From the NCBI RefSeq assembly GCF_009914755.1, contig NC_060933.1: a stretch of 64,000 nt of DNA. One strand, written 5' to 3'. The stretch is from the human T2T-CHM13v2.0 reference genome, Homo sapiens. Below are positions 11,952-26,638 of the stretch, piece after piece; the stretch's first letter is position 1, and each line of letters begins with the position of its first letter. The translations under genes were made by a program, and so were the position numbers. The notes under the pieces are model-generated. The model had not been told where the DNA came from and searched no databases. It was given only the letters and a program-made list of their open reading frames with translations.

Positions 11952-12629
11952 GTAAGCAACCCGGTCGGAGGGTGGCACCGGCTGCCTCCGCGCCCGTGGG
12001 GGAAGTCGGTTTTGGCGGCGGACGCGGCTGCGATGCGTGCCTCATTCCTGGACATAAAAGGGAGTCTTGCCACTCAGTGCGCACTGGCGGTCCCGCGGGC
12101 GGCTACCTCCTGGCAGTGCAGGGGTTATAGCTGTGAATGGGATCCCTGGGCAGCTGGGGCGGTTGGAGCGTTGTCTGGGCACCCGAGATGTCTGAGCTGG
12201 GTGCGGAGCCTCCAATCTTAGGCAGAGAGGGACTTCAGAAACAGCGCCAGCGCCAGCGCCAACAGCCTCAGCGCACCCAGCGCCAGCAGCTTAGGTTGTG
12301 CGTGCTGGCTGGCTTCTGGTAAGGGCAGGTCTGGTGCCTCTCCGCACACAGGTGCGAAGCATGAACACCGGGAGGGACATCTGGGGCTTTTGCTGCTCAA
12401 GAAATAACGGAACTGAATTGCTCGGTTGCTTAACCCAGCTCTGAGTTACCTAAGCGGTCACGTCTATCATGGGCAGTGGCTCCACCGGTGGTGGAAAGAG
12501 CTGTGGCCTGGAAGCCAGAGATCTGATCCCTTCCGTTCCCCGGGCCTCAGTTTCTCCAGCAGAACTCAGGCGGTTGGCTGAATAGTAAGATATAAGTTAA
12601 AGTAGACCTAAGTTAAAATGGGCCTCGGT

Positions 12630-12840
12630 TAAGGTCAGACTGCCTGGGTTTGAACTGTGGCTGGCTGAGTGATCTTGGGCAATGGATTTCATCGCTCTGT
12701 GCCTCAGTTTCCCCATCTGAAAAAGGCGATTAATTAGACCATTTTACCTTCCTAGAAATGTTGTGAATATTAGAGAAATTAGAAATAATGTGCTTCCCAT
12801 GATTCCAGTATATACTAGGCACAAAATAAGTGATAGAAAT
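12630..12840. mobile_element. MIR
   Basis: MIR core 'tcagactgcctgggtttgaa...ctctgtgcctcagtttccccatctg'. Further MIR-like cores at about 10310-10470, 13850-14045, 14400-14605, 28290-28480, 31700-31830, 35750-35970, 52130-52330, 53970-54150, 60770-60930 and 63575-63690. Confidence 0.7.
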
Positions 12841-14679
12841 TACTGCTTGATTCTTGCAGTAACTATGTGTTGGAAAGCAATGCAAGTATTTTTATTTTTA
12901 TTTTAGATTCAGGGAGTGGTCATGTGTGGTTTTTTACAAGGGTATATTGCACGGTGCTGAGGTTTGGGCTTCTATTAATCCCATCGCAATGCAGGTATTT
13001 TTATAACATTGAGGTTGAGAGAAGCTTAGAAAGTGGCCAGTCCAAAAGCCAGGACTTGAATCCAGGTCTGTAGGCTCTTGCCCTTGCTCAGCTCTTTCTC
13101 CATGCAGTTTTGCAGAAGAGCCATGCTTTCTATAGCTTCTGACCCCCTCCCCTTTGAATTTGGGGGATTAGTACACATCTTCAATTGAATAAGGGAACAG
13201 AAAGTCTAGGAAACAACCTCTAGTCGGCCCAAAGGAAACGGGATTGAGAAGGTGGCCTTGGTTAACTCTTTGTTTGCCTGAAGAAGCCCAAGACAGCCCA
13301 TTGTCTCCTGGGCAACAAGACCCAAATCCGATGATAGCTTTTCCTGCCAGAGTGTCCAGCCTGGCATTTATTGCAGATCAAAGGGCAGCTGGAGTATAGT
13401 TTTAGCTTCTCAGCCCCATGGCTCATGTCAGAAAGTTGCAATTTTGCATATGATATAGGGCCCTGCCAACTCAGTGGCAGAGGCCAACTTTGGGTTCCAT
13501 GGTCTTTTGTGAACTTTGCTGCAACTTCCAGTTTCCCAAAAGGAAGATGGATCTGGGGATAGGAACTTTGGTGTTTCTTTCTCCTCCTGTGTGTGTCTCT
13601 GGGATCCCTCAGTGTCAGGGCTGTTGTTTCTAACACAAAGGAAGCCCTATTCCCATTTATAATGTAAAAAGGGAGGGCCAGCAAACCTTCAGGAGCTGAG
13701 AACGGTCTAAGGAGGGCCATTTGCAACTGATGGGTTTTCAGTGCCCCTTTGGGGATGTGAAACGATTCCTAAAAATGTAAACTATCCTCCTGCAAACTGC
13801 ATTTGTAATGCAATTTAATATCCCTAATACTTATAAAACACTTTGTATATCCAGGTGGAGGTGTGAACATGTTCATATTTCATTCATCCAATCCTTACAA
13901 CCACTCCAGGAGGTGAGGACTGAGAACAGTTACTATCTCTGTTTTTCAGATGAAGAAACAGAGGTCCAAAGTCACAAGACTTCTAAGTGGCTGGGGTGGG
14001 ATTTGAACCAGACAGTCTGACTCCAGAGTCCTTGCTCTTAACCATCCTAGTGTGTAGTTAGAAGAGCTTCACGGATGGAGAAGGCTTTAGGGGTTCCATG
14101 GTCTCCAATGAGCCCCACAATCTGAATGTCACAATTGTAACATGAGTCCATTGCATGGCATTGTGCAGTCTTCAAAGCACAATGTCACCTTCACCACGTC
14201 CCTGGAATCACCACCCAGCAGTGCTGAGAAGTAAATTGGGCTCTGTCTTACAGAGGGGATGTGACTTCCTCAAGGCCGCATGACTGTAACTGGGTAGATC
14301 CATAATAGCCCTCTCACGTCTGTGAACTTCTGGGCTGGTGCTGTTCCTTCCATAGGACCACTGCCCAACTGGCTATAAAAAACAATTGCCAAGACTTCAT
14401 AGCACTATGAACCAGCAGTGTTTTAAGTGCCCTGCCATGAATGAGCTCAGTCAATCATCACAACAACCCCATGTCTTATCCCCTTTTACAGATGAGGAAA
14501 CTGAGGCACAGTCTTTTGCCCAAGGGCATGTAGCCTTCAGTAATATAAGCACAATTTGAGCCCAGAGGGTCTGACTCCAGAATCTGTACTTGTAACCACT
14601 ATGCTGTATGCTTAAGTGGGGTGGCTTCTGAAAGCATGTTTGTAAGTGGGCTGTTATGAGCGGAAATACATGTTCCCAA

Positions 14680-15245
14680 CGATTTGGCAGTTTCTTAAAA
14701 TGTTAAATATATACTTACCCTACAATCTAGAACTTCCACTCCTAAGTATCTACTTAAGGGAAAGGAAAGCATATGGCCACCCAAAAACTCATATGTATGT
14801 TCATAGCAGCATTATTTATAATGACCAAAACTGGAAATAAAGTTAAATTCACCATTAGCTGGTGAATAGATAAACAAATGAGGTGTATCCATTTAATGGA
14901 ATACTACTCAGCAATAAAAAGGAATGAAGTATTGATCAATGCTACAACAACATGGATAAACCTTAATACCATTAAGCTAAGTAAAAGAAGCCAGACATTA
15001 AAAAGCAATACATTGTAAGAGTCCCTATATATGAGATTTCTGTAAAGGCAGAACCACAGAGACAGAAAACAGAAGCAGAGATTGACTGCAAAGGGGCATG
15101 AGGAAACTTTTTGGGGAGTGTTCTAAAACTGGATTGTGGTGGTAGTTGTGCAACTCTATAAATTTACTAAAATAATCTAACTATACATTTAAAATGGGTG
15201 AATTTTATGGAATGTAAGCTATGCCTCAATAAAGCTGCTTCTTAA
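14680..15245 (+). mobile_element. Old L1M 3' end fragment
   Basis: L1 ORF2-end/3'UTR motifs ('tttggcagtttcttaaaatgttaaa', 'gttcatagcagcattattt', 'ctcaataaagctg'). Confidence 0.8.
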
Positions 15246-16017
15246 ATAAAAGAATGTATTTTCCCAGAGCATCTAGGCCCCAGATCTGGTGGGGCTTCAA
15301 GGTGGGGTTCCTAGCCAGCCTGGTACAGAGCTGGCACACAGCTCACAACTTAAAAGCTGCTGGCCTCTTAGGGCATTGATTCTCTCAGAAAATGGGTCCA
15401 GAGTTCTGCCTGCACCTCCAGGTCTCTGGATCGACTCTCCCTACTATCCCTGAATGCCATTGTGGGCCCAGGACAGGGCTCCTCAGGTAGGGGTAGAACA
15501 CATGCATATGGGTTTTTTGCAGGTAGTTGATCTGTTAAAAAGTGGGTCTTTGTAAACTTCCTGATATCCTGCACGCCCTAAAACAGCACAAGTTCAGGTA
15601 TTGGAAAACCTGGGTTCCACTCACTGACTTCCTCCATGAACTTAGATGAGTTGCTTTTCCCACTCTGAGCCTGTTTTCCCATCTACGAAGTGGAGAGGCA
15701 AGAGTCACTCATCTCTGTAGTCCTAATTTAAAATGTTGGGAAACAAAACAAAATAATATTTTTCTAGTTTGAGGTTTGATTATTTCACATAGTTTAGTTC
15801 AACAAACCCATTCTGTGCTGGCCCTCATGCTGGCTGGGTACAGAAAGGATTTGGGCACAGAGCTGCCCCAAAGGGGTCATAGTTCACAGGAAGAAAGAAA
15901 GGGCCACAGACAACTGTAATGCCATTTTTCCTGAAGTCTTCTCATCTACCATGCAGAATGTCCTGTGTGCAGCCAATCCCATCCTTCTACACCATCCTGT
16001 TTAAAGACACACTTGTC

Positions 16018-16369
<352 letters not shown>

Positions 16370-16549
16370 TCAGGGTTGAGCTGGAGGACAACACCAATCC
16401 TTCCTTTTCCTGGTAAAGTTTCAGGGTCATTGGAATACCCAATATTTTAGAAGATAAGGGGGCTATTGTCCAGGTAGGGATGGTGGTGTCACAAGTAATT
16501 TGCTCTTGCTAATAAAGTGTTGATGATTGCAAATTATTTGCTTATGTTT

Positions 16550-18690
16550 AAACTGTTTTATTGTGAAATACAACATCCATTCAGAAAAGTGCATGCTAAA
16601 GGTACAGTACAATCTTGTATCACAGAGCAAACATGTAATCCAGATGAAGATATAGGATAATCCCCAGAAGGTCTCCTAAACCCCTTTGCTGTGGTTTTAT
16701 TTTCCCTTCTTTCTCTCTGAGGTAACCATTACCTTGACATTAACAGTCATCCCTTTCTTGCTTTTTAAAAATAGCTTTACTATCTAAGTGTGTATCCCAA
16801 AATTCTGAAGTTCTGTTTTACTCGATTTTGAACTTTTTAAATGCAGAATCTATTCTTTCATGTCTGATTCTTTCAATGAATAATAAGTTTTTGAGATTTA
16901 TTCATGCTGCTGTATGTGGCTGTAGTTCATTGCCATTGCTGTATAATAGTCCATTGCATTAGCATAGCATATGTTACTTATCCATTCTTCTCCAACATTT
17001 GGGTTGTTTCCATTTTGGGCTAATGTAATAGTGTCGCTCTGAACATTCTTGTACATTTCTCTCAGTGCACATGTGCATGAATTTCTGTTGGTTCTATACC
17101 TACGAGTGGAGTGCTGAATCAGAGTGTGCATATCCCCCAACTGAGTAGACAATGCCAGCATGTCTTCTAAATGGTTGTACAGATCCACACAGCTACCAAG
17201 AAATGAGGGCCTCCATTTCTTCACATCCTCACCAGCACTTGATCTTGTCACTGAGCTTAACTTCAGCATTTCTAATGGGTGCATATTTGATCTTACTGTA
17301 GCCTTAATTTCCATTTTCCTAATTATTAATTACCTTTTCATATGTTTATTGACCATTTAGATATCCAGACTTACTTTTTATTGAGGTGAAATTTACATTA
17401 TATAACAGTAACCATTTTGAAGTGCACAATTCAGTGTCATTTAGTTCCTTCACAATATTGTGCAATCAACATCTCTATCAAGTTCCAAAACATTTTCATC
17501 ACCCCAAAAGAAATATCTATGCCCATTAATCAATTGCTCCCCATTCCCTCATTTTCTCAGCTTCAGGCAGTCACTAAACTACTTTCTGCCTCTATGGACT
17601 TGCCTATTCTAGATATTTCATGAAAATGGAATCATACAGTGTATGACCTATTGTGTCTGACTTCTTCCATTTAACATAAAGTTTTCATGGTTCACTCATG
17701 TTGTATCATGTGTCAGTACTTCATGCCTTTTTATGACTGAGTAATATTCCAGTGTATGTATATACCAAATTTTGTTTTTCCATTCATTTGTTGATGGACA
17801 TTTGGGTTATTTCTACCTTTTGTTTTTTGTGAATAGTGCTGCTCTGAACATTTGCATACAAGTATTCGGATGCTTGACGGCCTGTTTCTACTTCTTTGCA
17901 CCTAGGAGCAGAATTTCTGGTCATATGATAATTCTGTGTTTCAAGTATGACGAACCCCCAAACTGTTTTCCACAGTGGCTGCACCATGTTTACATCCCCA
18001 CCAGCAATGTATGAGGGCTTTAATTATGCACATCATCGCCAATGCTTGTTTTCAGTTTTTAAAATTATAGCCATTTTAGTGGATATAAAATGGCATCTCA
18101 TTGTGGTTTTTATTTGCAATTCTTTCTTTCTTTCTTTTTTCTTTCTCCTTCCTTCCCTCCTTCCTTCCCTCCCTCCCTTCCCTCCTTCCTTCCCTCCCTC
18201 CCTTCCTTCCTTCCTTCCCTTCCCTTCCTTCCTTCCCTTCCCTTCCCTTCCCCTTCCTTCCTTCCTTCCTTCCTTCCTTCCTTCCTTCCTTCCTCCCTCC
18301 CTCCCTCTCTCTCTTCCTTTCTTTCTTTCTTTTGACAGAGTCTCACTCTGTCACCCAGGCTGGAGTTGGTGGCCGGCCCATCTTGGCTCACTGCAACCTC
18401 CACCTCCCAGGTTCAAGCAATTCTCCTGCCTTAGCCTCCCGAGTAGCTGAGACTACAGGCATGCCCAGCTCATTTCTGTATTTTTAGTAGAGATACAGTT
18501 TCACCATATTGGTCATGTTGGTCTCGAACTCCTGACCTCATGATCCACCCACCTCGGCCTCCCAAAGTGCTGGGATTACAGGCGTGAGCCACTGTGCCTG
18601 GCCTATTTGCAATTTTCTAATGACAAATGACGTTGCGCATTTTTTCAAGTGCTTCTTGGCCACCATCTTCTCTGGAGAAATCCTGATTTA
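16550..18690 (-). mobile_element. Two old L1M 3' fragments (second one interrupted by an Alu)
   Basis: Antisense L1 3' motifs; ORFs 16898..17314 and 17784..17987 (VQPLWKTVW) are degenerate L1 ORF2 C-terminus. Confidence 0.8.
18122..18604 (-). mobile_element. AluS whose tail has expanded into a ~210-bp (CCTT/CT)n tract (18122-18333)
   Basis: Alu body 18334-18604; TSD tatttgcaatt at 18111-18121 and 18605-18615. Confidence 0.88.
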
Positions 18691-19261
18691 ATGGGAAGCA
18701 TATGAATCAGAGCAGCGCAGAACTTCCCTCTAACCACCCCACTCTTGCTCCCTGGCAGTCTGATTTGCTTTTCTGAGTGAGAGAGATGTGGGTAGGAGTC
18801 ACACCTGAAGTTTTGCCTCATTGACCTGCAGTCTCCATCTCCCAAAGGACAATTGTCTAGAGCTGGCCACTTTGTCCAGAGCTGGACTTTAGCAATTTGT
18901 CATTATTATAAATAGTGCTGCTGGGACATCTTCAGACAAATGGCCTTTTTCTTTTGGATTATTTCCTTTGGCAATATTTCCCCCCAAAGAACTCACCCAT
19001 CAAAGAACAGAACTGGTTGGACAGTTCTTACTATGTATTTAGATGGATTTTTCTTATTTAATCATGATGCTTCCTAGTATAATTGCCCTCACTGGGTTCT
19101 CACTGTACCTGAGATGGAGTCATGCTCCTGGCCCCAGAGGACCCTGCCTTCCTCCACTAACACTAAGTCCCTATGGACTTCAGCTCACATCAAATCACTG
19201 GCAGGCTTCTGAATGGGACATGCAACGTCCCACACCTGTGCTTTTGCATAGGCTAGTGCCA

Positions 19262-19558
19262 TTTTTATTCTATTATTATTTTTTGGGACAGGGTCTTCTC
19301 TGTTGCCCAGGCTGTAGTGCAGTGGTACAATCTTAGCTCATTGAAGCCTCAAAGTCCTGGGCTCAAGGGATCCTCCTTCCTCAGCCTCCTGAGTAGCTGG
19401 ATTACATACCCTCATACCCAGCTAATTTAAAAATTTTTTGTAGGCATAGAGTTTTGCTGTGTTGCCCAGGCTGGTCTAAAACTCCTGGCTTCAAGCAATT
19501 CACCCTTCTTGACCTCCCAAAGTGCTGGGATTACAGGCGTGAGCCACTGCACCTGGCT
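19262..19558 (-). mobile_element. AluJ
   Basis: Diverged dimeric Alu with J-type 'ctcaagggatcctcc' motif. Confidence 0.85.
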
Positions 19559-20256
19559 ACCAGTACCATTTTAAAAATGCCTTTCCCCCATAGTACCTGG
19601 GGACCCCCAAATCATCCTTCTAAGATTCTACTCTGGGAAGCTGTCTCTCCTCTCCCAGGCATAATGAGCATCTCTTTGTCTCAGGGCTTCTCAGACTGTA
19701 CAGTGACCACTGATTAGTTGCCTGCATCCCTAACTGCTACATAGGAAGTTCTATGAGGCAGGGATGGGCCTGTCCAACTCTGAATCCTGGAACAGGGATT
19801 TCAGGTGCAGGACTGGCATGAAGTGGGTACTCAGCATACTTTTTCAATGAATCAAAGAAGGAATGAAGGGGTTAGTCTAGCCTGTGGTCTAATGCACCAA
19901 CTTACTATGTTCTCTGTGGTGTGTAAGTCATTCCAATTCTTCCATGGCTTTGTCAGCTGTAGGGTGACCTTGACTGAGTACTCAGGGAATATTATAGGGC
20001 TGTCGTTTTCTTCAATAGTGTAATAACTAGTTAGGCTGGAATTCACTCTAATGTTAATTTGCTCTTTATCTTTCTTATTATATTAATTGGATAAAAATTT
20101 ATTTCCCAGCTTCTCTCTACTCATCTTATTCCTGATTGCCTCAGTTTGTCAAAAGTTGTGCATTTATCTTTTTTCTTCTAGCTAAATATGTAAGTTGATT
20201 TTCCAGTTTTCTTTTGATATCTACAGCTTGATCACTTAAAATGAACCATAGATTAG

Positions 20257-20391
<135 letters not shown>

Positions 20392-21116
20392 TAGGGTATA
20401 ATCTAAAGCCAGTTCTTTTCCAAAGTGGTCCCCAGGTTTCCCCCAAGTACTAATTAAAGTGTGAGCTATTGCCTCATCACTGTACTGCCCATCATTGTTG
20501 TGTGATATCTTATCATATAATATTTTTTCTTTTAATGATATACTTTTATTTCTGGTATCTCTGTATTACTGATCACTTTCTTGTGCTAATATGTGTATGT
20601 CGTTTTAAATCCATACAATTTTGATGCTTGTTACTTTGTGCTATGTTTTACAGTCTGGTAAGAGAAGTTACCCCTGCCTACCTCCTTCATTAAGCCACGA
20701 ATTCTTTAGTATAGGTTGGCTTATTCCATAATTTCTGCATGGTATGATTAGATAATGGGAGTGTACCAGTGGTAGTGGGTAGGTGAGGGTTGTAAAAAGG
20801 AGGCAATCTTACAATAAGACTCAATTTAAGGCATTAATGTCTAGTGTGGAGAATGGATAAGCAAATAAGACCTCAAAGTCAGAGCATCAGATTGTGGGGT
20901 ATGACCTATTGCTGTCAACAAAGTGCCCAGGGGAGCTAAGGTGGTATCAGAGGTGTTGGGAGGAGCCAGGTTTGCTGACTGATTACCTTCTTCTGCTCTA
21001 TCCAAACTACAGAGAGGAAAAGTCTAGGGTTAGAGCAGATCCAGGTCAACATCTAATGAGAGAGACAGGGGTCCCTGGTCACCTAATGAATGCAGCCCAC
21101 TCTTTATCCCCATTAT

Positions 21117-21280
21117 AACCAAACTCAACCCAACCCAACCCTATCCAACCCAACTCAACCTAATCCAATTCAACCCACCTAATCCAATACAACCCCATCA
21201 AACTCAACCCAATCCAACCCAACCCAACCTAATCCAATCCAACCAAACCCATCCCAACCCAACCAAATCCAATCCACTCC
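21117..21280. repeat. Degenerate (CCAAC/CCAAT)n pentamer repeat
   Basis: About 30 imperfect 5-mers visible directly. Confidence 0.9.
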
Positions 21281-23705
21281 AGTTCATATTTGTTGCATAC
21301 CATGGGTGGTTTAAAGGACAGAACAGGGCAAAAAACTATTCTGAGGGCCCTGGTATCTCTCCCAAGTGACCAGGGCCCCTGACCTTAGATGCCAGGGAAC
21401 CCCTTTCTGGGTTTGGAGAGCTTGGCTGGAGTCTGGCTTGCAGGCAACACCCTGGCCTTAGGCCTCTCTAGGAGTTACTCCTCCCATCACTGAGGGACTC
21501 AAATGGGGCCCAGCTTAAAACACTCCTCCCATCTAGGCAGTCTTTTGTGACTAGCTTCCTCCCAAAGGGAATTTCTGTTGAAGTCTTCAAAATGGTCTGT
21601 CTGTTCTGTATTATGGCTTCTCTTACAGATGTCTGTCTTCCTCCTATTATTCCTGGCTTCCTGCTGTCCCAGGCACTCTCTGGAGTAGGTGGCAGGATGG
21701 CTGAAGAGCCGCATTAGACTCAGTGCCCATCCTGGAGGGACTCATAGTTCAGTAGTAGAGACAGTGCGCAGAAGCTGGCTTGCATGCTAAGGAGCTTGTC
21801 CTGAGTTTCCTAACACAGTGTAAGCAAGCATCTGCACTGCCAAAGTAGGGATGTCCATTTCCACCAGGAGATGGGAGAGGCAGAGGGATGTGAGAAGTGT
21901 TTGTAAGAGATTCATTTTTTTCAATAAAATTTTAAAAATTGGTAATAAAAATAATACATAGTTATTATAAAAACTAGGGCCAAAAAGAGGAGTTTAAAAA
22001 GATCACATATTATCTTGTGACTCAAAGATAAACCCTGCTAGCATTTGATGGACTGTGTTTCAAGTTTATTTTCCACCCCTAAGTATGCACATAGATCATA
22101 ATATGAACAGAACATTCTGTACATTGCATTTAGTGTTTAGTTGATGGCTTTTTTCCCCCTTAACAATCATCTAGACACCTTCTCTGGAACATTAAATACT
22201 CGTCTCTAATATTTTTTGTGTTTGTAATAGTATTTCATTGTTTGGTTGTCTTGTAATTAAACTTTTAGGCTGTTTCTCATTGCTCACTATTATGAACACT
22301 ATTGTGACGATCGTAGTCTTGTAGCTTTGTATTTGACGACTTCTGCAATTATTTCCTAGCACAACACAATTTCCTAAAACAAATAGTTGGGTCTAGTGCA
22401 TGCCCATTTTTAAGGCTTTTGTTGCATTGTTCAGACAGGCAATAATAATTTATACTCCCTGCAACAGCATATGAGAACGCCAAGCCCACCCTGCCTTGTC
22501 TATTACTGCTGTGTCTCTAACCCAAAAGGAGCAAATGACAACAGGTAAAGGAACAGTGCCACCATCCTTCTCCAAATGGTGGCCTTACTCAAAAGAGCTG
22601 AGGGCTCCTCCCACCCTCCCTCTCCACTCTTCTCCTTCATTCATCCATTTTGCACATGTCTGTGGAAGGGCTAGAAGAGGGTTTTTCAGGAAATTAGAAT
22701 GTGAGAGCTCATGTCATGAGGACCTTGATGGTCATCAGGCCTCCAGTACCTTGGAATCATTTTGGGGATTCCAAGGGGGCCTGGTGCCCAGTCCTCCAGC
22801 TCTTCAGGGATTCTTCATACATCTGAGATAAGGTCCAGACACCAGCAGGTTTGAAAATCTCCTGGGTGCAGTCTAAGATGCAGCCAAGGCTGAGAATAAC
22901 CAATGCAGTCCAACTGCTTCCTTTCAAAGGTGGTGATGCTGAGTCCCAGAGAGGGACTCCTTGTCTTCCTTATCTGTAAATTAGGGCAATTCCTACTCTA
23001 AGGATTAGTGATCGGGCCTGTCACTGGTGATCAGTTCAATGCCTCCTTACTTCCCTGCTCCCACATCACTGTGGGTTCCTTGAGGGCAGGAAGCCGTTTT
23101 TATTTATCCATGTTTCCCCAGCATCTGACATGGCACTAAATGGACACAATGAGCATTTGAATAAGTTAATGAATGAATCATTCAAAGCCTGGGACTGTGG
23201 AGATCTTAGTGAAAACCCAGCATTATGAACCTTTGACCAGCAAAGTCTATGTGCGCCTCCAGCCACACTGAAAGACCACCCTGCAGCCATCCACTGTGCA
23301 GGATGATGGGGCTAGAGCAGGGTGAGAGTAGGCACTGCCTATAGTATGTATATCAAGAATAGAATGTTTCATGAAAGAAAAGTTAAGCTGTGCTTTTTCT
23401 GGCATAGGAAAGTTACAACCATTTCATCTCACAGAACATAGAGTAGAGATTCTAGCTGATGACAAGCTGAACCCAAGTTCTTGCAAGTTCAACAGCATTA
23501 CACACAGAACCTCTGAAATAGGCCCAGCCAACTGCTTCTCCTCTCCAACTACAATCTTAGTGGCTAGCTAGTTCTGACTTGATTGTCTAGCTCAGAGAAG
23601 GAAAGTGACTAGCTCATGGTCACAGTTCAAGTTGGCAGGAGAGCCAGGTCTAGAACCAGGTATCCTGACTCCTAGGCCAGTGCTCTGGTGCTTCACATGA
23701 ACCTA

Positions 23706-24074
<369 letters not shown>

Positions 24075-24419
24075 TTATATAGTGCTTTTTATGTGCCAGG
24101 TGCTGTTTTAAGTTTTAATATATAGGATATACATATATGTTATATATACACACATGCATATCCACATACACACATCTGTGTGTGTATGTATATGTTTTAT
24201 ATAATATACATTTTATATGTACATTTACATATATGTATGTGTATCTGTGTGTGTATTTCATATGTGAAATTCTCACCACAGCCTTGTGAAATGAAGAAAT
24301 TCAATTACAACTTGACATCAGCACACAGGTCTGTCTCCCAGCCTCCATCCTCTCCACCCTAGAATCCATCCTCCACACTGCAGCCACAGTAATCTTCTAG
24401 CTTCTTGCCACTCAATCTT

Positions 24420-24620
24420 CTTGCTTCTAGCATCTTGCTACGTGTGGTCCATGGACCAGCAGCATCAGCATAACCTGGGAACTTGGCAGAAATGCAGAAT
24501 CTCTGGCTTCACCCCCAGAACTCATAAATCAGAATCACACCATCTAGGGGACTGAGGATAGCATTTTAACAAGATCCTCGGTGATTCGTGTGCACTTTTA
24601 ACATTTGAGCAACACTCTAA
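24420..24620. mobile_element. MER5A
   Basis: 'gtgtggtccatggaccagcagcatcagcataacctgggaacttggcagaaatgcagaatctc'. Similar MER5 copies at about 27760-28270 (split by an Alu), 35545-35725, 37670-37810 and 61760-61990. Confidence 0.75.
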
Positions 24621-24682
24621 ACCAGCTCTGATTGTGTTGCTCCCTGCTTAAAACCCTTTGCCATCTTCCCATGATCACCATC

Positions 24683-25192
24683 TGTGGTAGGCAGGGTCAT
24701 GGCCCTCTGAAGGACCCACAGCCTAACCCCCAGGACGTGTCACTCCATTAGGTTCTATAGCAAAGGGAGTTAGGCTGCAGATGGAATCAAGGCTGATAAT
24801 CAGCTGACCTCAAATGAGGGAGATTGTCTCCGATTATCTGGTTGGGCCCAATATCATCACAAGCGTCCTCAAAAGTGGAAAAGGGAGGCAGAGGAAATCA
24901 GAGTGGTGTGATGTGAGAGGACTTGAGCATCCTTGTTTGCTAGCTTTGAAAATAGACGAAGGGGCCACAAGCCAAGGAATGCAGGCAGCCTCTGGAAGCT
25001 GCAAAAGGCAAGGAAACTGATTTTCCCTTAAAGCTTCCAGAAAGAACCATGGTCTGCTGATACCTTAATTTTTATCTCAGTAAGACCTGTGTTGGACTTC
25101 TAACCTCCAGAACTGTAAGATAAAAAAACTTGTGTTGATGTAAGCCACTAAGTTTGTGGTAGTTTGTTATAGCAGCATTGGAAGATAAATAC
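24683..25192 (+). mobile_element. MLT1 (MaLR) solo LTR, MLT1D-like
   Basis: Starts tgtggtaggcag; ends 'ccactaagtttgtggtagtttgttatagcagcattggaagataaataca'. Confidence 0.8.
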
Positions 25193-25317
25193 AGCCTTCT
25201 ACTCCTTAGTGTGGCATTTGAGGCCCTCTGAAGTTCCACCAAGTGCTGTCCTGGCCTCATCTCCCAGAATATCCCTTCCCACACCCTAATCTCAAACCAA
25301 CAGAGTCTCCAGAGTAG

Positions 25318-25650
<333 letters not shown>

Positions 25651-26638
25651 GTTGTTCTCTATGCCACCAGCACCTAGCCCTGTGCCTGGCCCCTGGCCAG
25701 TACTCAGGCAATGCCTTTTGAAGTAATAACCCAGTGGAACCCTGTTACGTTCAGGTCGCCACCAGCCACGGAGGAGCCCATGACATGCCGGAGGCAACTA
25801 TGGCAACAGTGCGGGACATGGTGGAGACTCTCCCAGAGCCTCAGCCTTAACATTCCTTTGCTCTTCTTCTGCTGTGGGCAAATCACTGTACCTCTCTGGG
25901 CCTCAGTTTCCCCATCTGGGAAATGAAGGGGTTGGAAAGACAATTCTAAAAGCATCGTTAGCATGAACATGCTAGGATATCTGAGTTCAGTTTGGCCGCA
26001 CGTTCTGGCAGTTGGGGGCAGTGATTCGGCTCAGCTCTGCTCAGCCCTGTTCATCTCACTGCTGAGCACATCCTGCACTGTCATCCCATTCACAAAGTGG
26101 GATACAAAACTGCCCAGCAACTGTGTGTATTTGGTACAAAACAGACTACAGCTGCTCATTCCCCCTGTCTAGTTAAAATGCCAAATTACTCACTCTCCCA
26201 CAGAAAGAAAAAAAGGAGGGGTGGAAGAAACCATTTCTCACTGCAGAGTTTTTCCATGTGACATATTTTCTAATTTTATTTCAGGTCTAACTGTCTGCAG
26301 TAGATGGCTCCATTTCAGGGTCTTCCCCTCCCCTTTTAGTATATGAGCTTTCATTAAGGAATGAAGTGGCTTTATTTGTTTAATATTTGCAAGTGTGGGC
26401 TGATATCAAATTGCAACTGAATGTCTTCATTTTCTCGGCGGAGGGAAGTTCTCTAAGATGCCCCGCACTGGTTTAGTGGCTCGGATTCCTTGGTTCTAGG
26501 CCTGGTCACAGGAGCTTTGCCAAGTCCCCTCCATTCTCTGGACTTAGAAACTCAAAGTGAGTATTCCGCAAAGTGAGGAAAAGGCTGGCTCATCACGGAG
26601 ATAGGGTGGCTGGATTGGAAGCCATGGCTGATGCGCCC

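Larger units (their letters stand above)
11300..12360 (+). promoter_or_regulatory. COL15A1: CpG-island promoter / 5'UTR of COL15A1 (TATA-less, GC boxes)
   Basis: Very high GC and CpG density; GGGGCGG/GGGCGG Sp1/KLF-type boxes (e.g. ~11355, ~11497); no TATA box and no upstream ATG seen between ~11300 and 11763. The exact TSS cannot be determined from sequence. Confidence 0.9.

Noticed and set aside
12243-12290. (CAGCGC)n-like repeat encoding a QR/Q-rich peptide
   Set aside because: Short, imperfect and intronic; no splice signals placing it in the coding sequence.
11299-12400. Many overlapping 100-140 aa ORFs on both strands
   Set aside because: Expected from stop-codon scarcity in a CpG island; only the spliced COL15A1 exons are supported.
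17947-18487. Pro/Ser/Phe-rich and Gly/Arg/Lys/Glu-rich ORFs
   Set aside because: Translations of the (CCTT)n tract plus Alu/L1 sequence.
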